Assembly (NCBI GenBank): GCA_009103225.1
Contig: RHPI01003156.1
Span: forward strand, 226,537-290,536
Origin: Chlorokybus atmophyticus
Taxonomy: Eukaryota; Plantae; Mesostigma and Chlorokybus algae
Length of the DNA: 64,000 nt
Reading direction: 5' to 3'
The number at the start of each line of letters is the position of its first letter. The first letter of the stretch is position 1. Below the pieces are notes generated by a model. That model ran no database searches. It was not told where the DNA came from and worked only from the letters and a program-made list of their open reading frames with translations. A program made the translations under genes and the position numbers. This document shows, piece after piece, positions 61,802 through 64,000 of this stretch.

Positions 61802-64000
61802 AGGGCAAGGTTGTGATGTCTGTGTCGCTGTGACGTGTGCTGGTTTTGGTTTGTCGGTTCGTTCTGACAATTCTGGACAATCAGCAGTGGGTGTGTCAAC
61901 ACCAGTATCAGCAGCAGCTGTACTGTGCAAGGCTGTGTATAGATTGATGTAGGGTTGTGGCAAACGGCAGGTGTTTGCTTGCTCTGTTTCCATTCGTTGG
62001 TCCGTCTGCATCAGGCAAACACACTGTGAAGCGGAAGCTGAAGTGATGTCACAACGCTGTGGCGTTTGTGTTTGACATTGGCATGGCACGAGGTGCAATC
62101 TCCCAGCATTGGTCATGAAGAACCATTGCAGCCGTGTATGATGAGTGTACTTCATGGTGCACGTCTGCAAGCAGGAAGGCCACGTTGTGGGGCTTATTCA
62201 GTGTGGTCAGTATACGCCCGTGTTGGCAGGTGATCAACTCTTGCATGCTTGTTGTATGACTAACCGGGCAGCCTAAGAGTAGCGTAGGTGCGAAAGTAGT
62301 AAGTACTAGCCCGGTGGTGAGTTATATGTGATGAGGTATCAGCGTGGGTGTGGTGAATGTCACTTGTTTAGGCTGAGCACACCATGCATGCCGGCACAGC
62401 AGCATACCCCTTTGTATACAACCTTGCATGAGTAGTTTTATTTATTGGTTTTCCAAAGGCAATTCAAGTGTGTGTCATTCACAACTCCTATAAGTAGGCA
62501 AAGGTTTACTGAGCAACTCAATGAGACTTTAAAAGCGTGTACTTAGCAAACGGGAAAAGAAAAGAAAATCCATTCTTTCAGAATTACTTTCATCACAGAG
62601 ATGCTGCAAACCTTCCCAATTTATTCACACGCGGCGTTACTACTTGCATCGCCCACATGTAAACTCAATTGCAATCTTGGTAAGCATTTCTGATTTTTAT
62701 GGCTACGTCACCTTAATGTGTTACGCATTATGTTCGTGCCGTTGACATTGCACAATGTAAGAAAGAATGGCTATAAAGCTTCTACTGTTCAACATAGCCT
62801 CTTTGCATACTATATTGTACATCGTATACCAACAATGTGGCATGCGATGCCGAGAAACAATTGCACATGTTTGCATAATATGTTTTACACAATTGAGTGC
62901 GTAACCATGAAGTAACGCATACAAGAATGTTATATACCGTTTATGATATGGAGAGCGTAATAGTAGTATGATGTCAAGCCGGCTTACCGGCAAGTAAACA
63001 AGACGATGATGTACTTGATCCACATCACTGGAGGCAGGGGCCAAATGCTGGCTACGTGACGCGAATACACGCAGATACAAGGGTATGATGCAATTTGAAT
63101 TCAAATTTTTGCAAATACATACTCATGCACAAGTTTGATCGTGTAATACAGGTTGTATATTATTAACATTATTTTCGTATATAAAAACGTTTCGTTTGTT
63201 TGTTTGTCCTCAACATAGGCCGCATGTATGAACGTGTTTCCGACACATGCTTCCGTTATCGATCTCCCCACCCAACTCTTCGCTTTTCATGTTTTCATTT
63301 GCCCTTACACGGTGTTGTTTTGCCACTCCACTGTCACAGATGTGGCATACGATCTTTATACACAGCCAGCTGTCACCCTCCATTGCCACTTCAGCAGCCG
63401 CAGCTCGCCAGTCACGTGACGCGCCGAAAGCCATCTCACCCACCCATCGACGGCTTCTGTGCCCTCCTGCCCCGCGAGCGCATCAGAAGGTCATGCAAAT
63501 CGGACGGCCTAGTTTCACCCATAAAGCGGCCCTTGGCGCCAGCATGCGTTACGGCTTAGCGTAACTCGCCGGCAGAAACACGCCCATCCCATCTCCTCTC
63601 ACTCTTCAATGACCTGTACGGCCACATGACCGCCTGTCCCACCGCGGATGGCCCATCACTGATCCGGAGACCGCGGCTTGGGGTGGAGCGTTGGGGTGAA
63701 TACTTGGCCTCTCAGTTGGTGTTGATGACAATGGTGGTAGTAGTGGCACAGAGGAGGGGTTATTAGGCTGACGGCGCCGCCAGTGCTGGCCGCAGGTGTT
63801 GAAGTAGACGTGTAGCAGTGCAGCAGGGTGGCTGTGTGAGAGCGGATTAGCAGCCCGCTGTGCAGCCAGAACAGAACCGGGCCAGGCCAGGCCAGACCAG
63901 ACTAGAGCAGGGTAGGCCAGGCCAGGGAGGCTCCGCGATCAGGCCAGACCATTGGGGGTGAAGGCGACGGAGGAAGTTTCGTACCAGCAGGAGGTCGCCA

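Noticed and set aside
63560-64000. Possible minus-strand exon (GDLLLVRNFLRRLHPQW...) and CCAGG repeats at the window end
   Set aside because: Truncated by the window edge, with not enough evidence to call.

Overview
Eukaryotic nuclear DNA, most likely from a flagellated green alga (Viridiplantae). The evidence is intron-rich genes in the standard genetic code, plant-type MED13, thioredoxin-like and RS-protein homologues, telo-boxes, and an axonemal DRC11 gene. The first ~13.9 kb is a nested transposon cluster. It holds two tandem chromodomain-bearing Ty3/gypsy elements sharing a central LTR (3305-4326), and both carry an N6-adenine (Dam-like) methyltransferase-like domain. These sit in a partly duplicated Ty1/copia RNase H/LTR remnant that contains a 562-bp hAT-like MITE, followed by a related solo LTR on the minus strand. 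The rest is gene-dense: MED13(-), DRC11/IQCA1(-), a coiled-coil protein(+), a PWWP protein(-), two secreted proteins (one DUF6748-like), an F-box gene with an in-frame TAG(-), a conserved plant RS-rich protein(+), cysteinyl-tRNA synthetase(-) head-to-head with SF3B3(+), and a thioredoxin-like 3-3 homologue(+). All family assignments come from motif recognition by eye, not database searches. Gene spans are approximate unless exon boundaries are given. Several supplied ORF-track entries have the wrong strand label and were re-read from the sequence.
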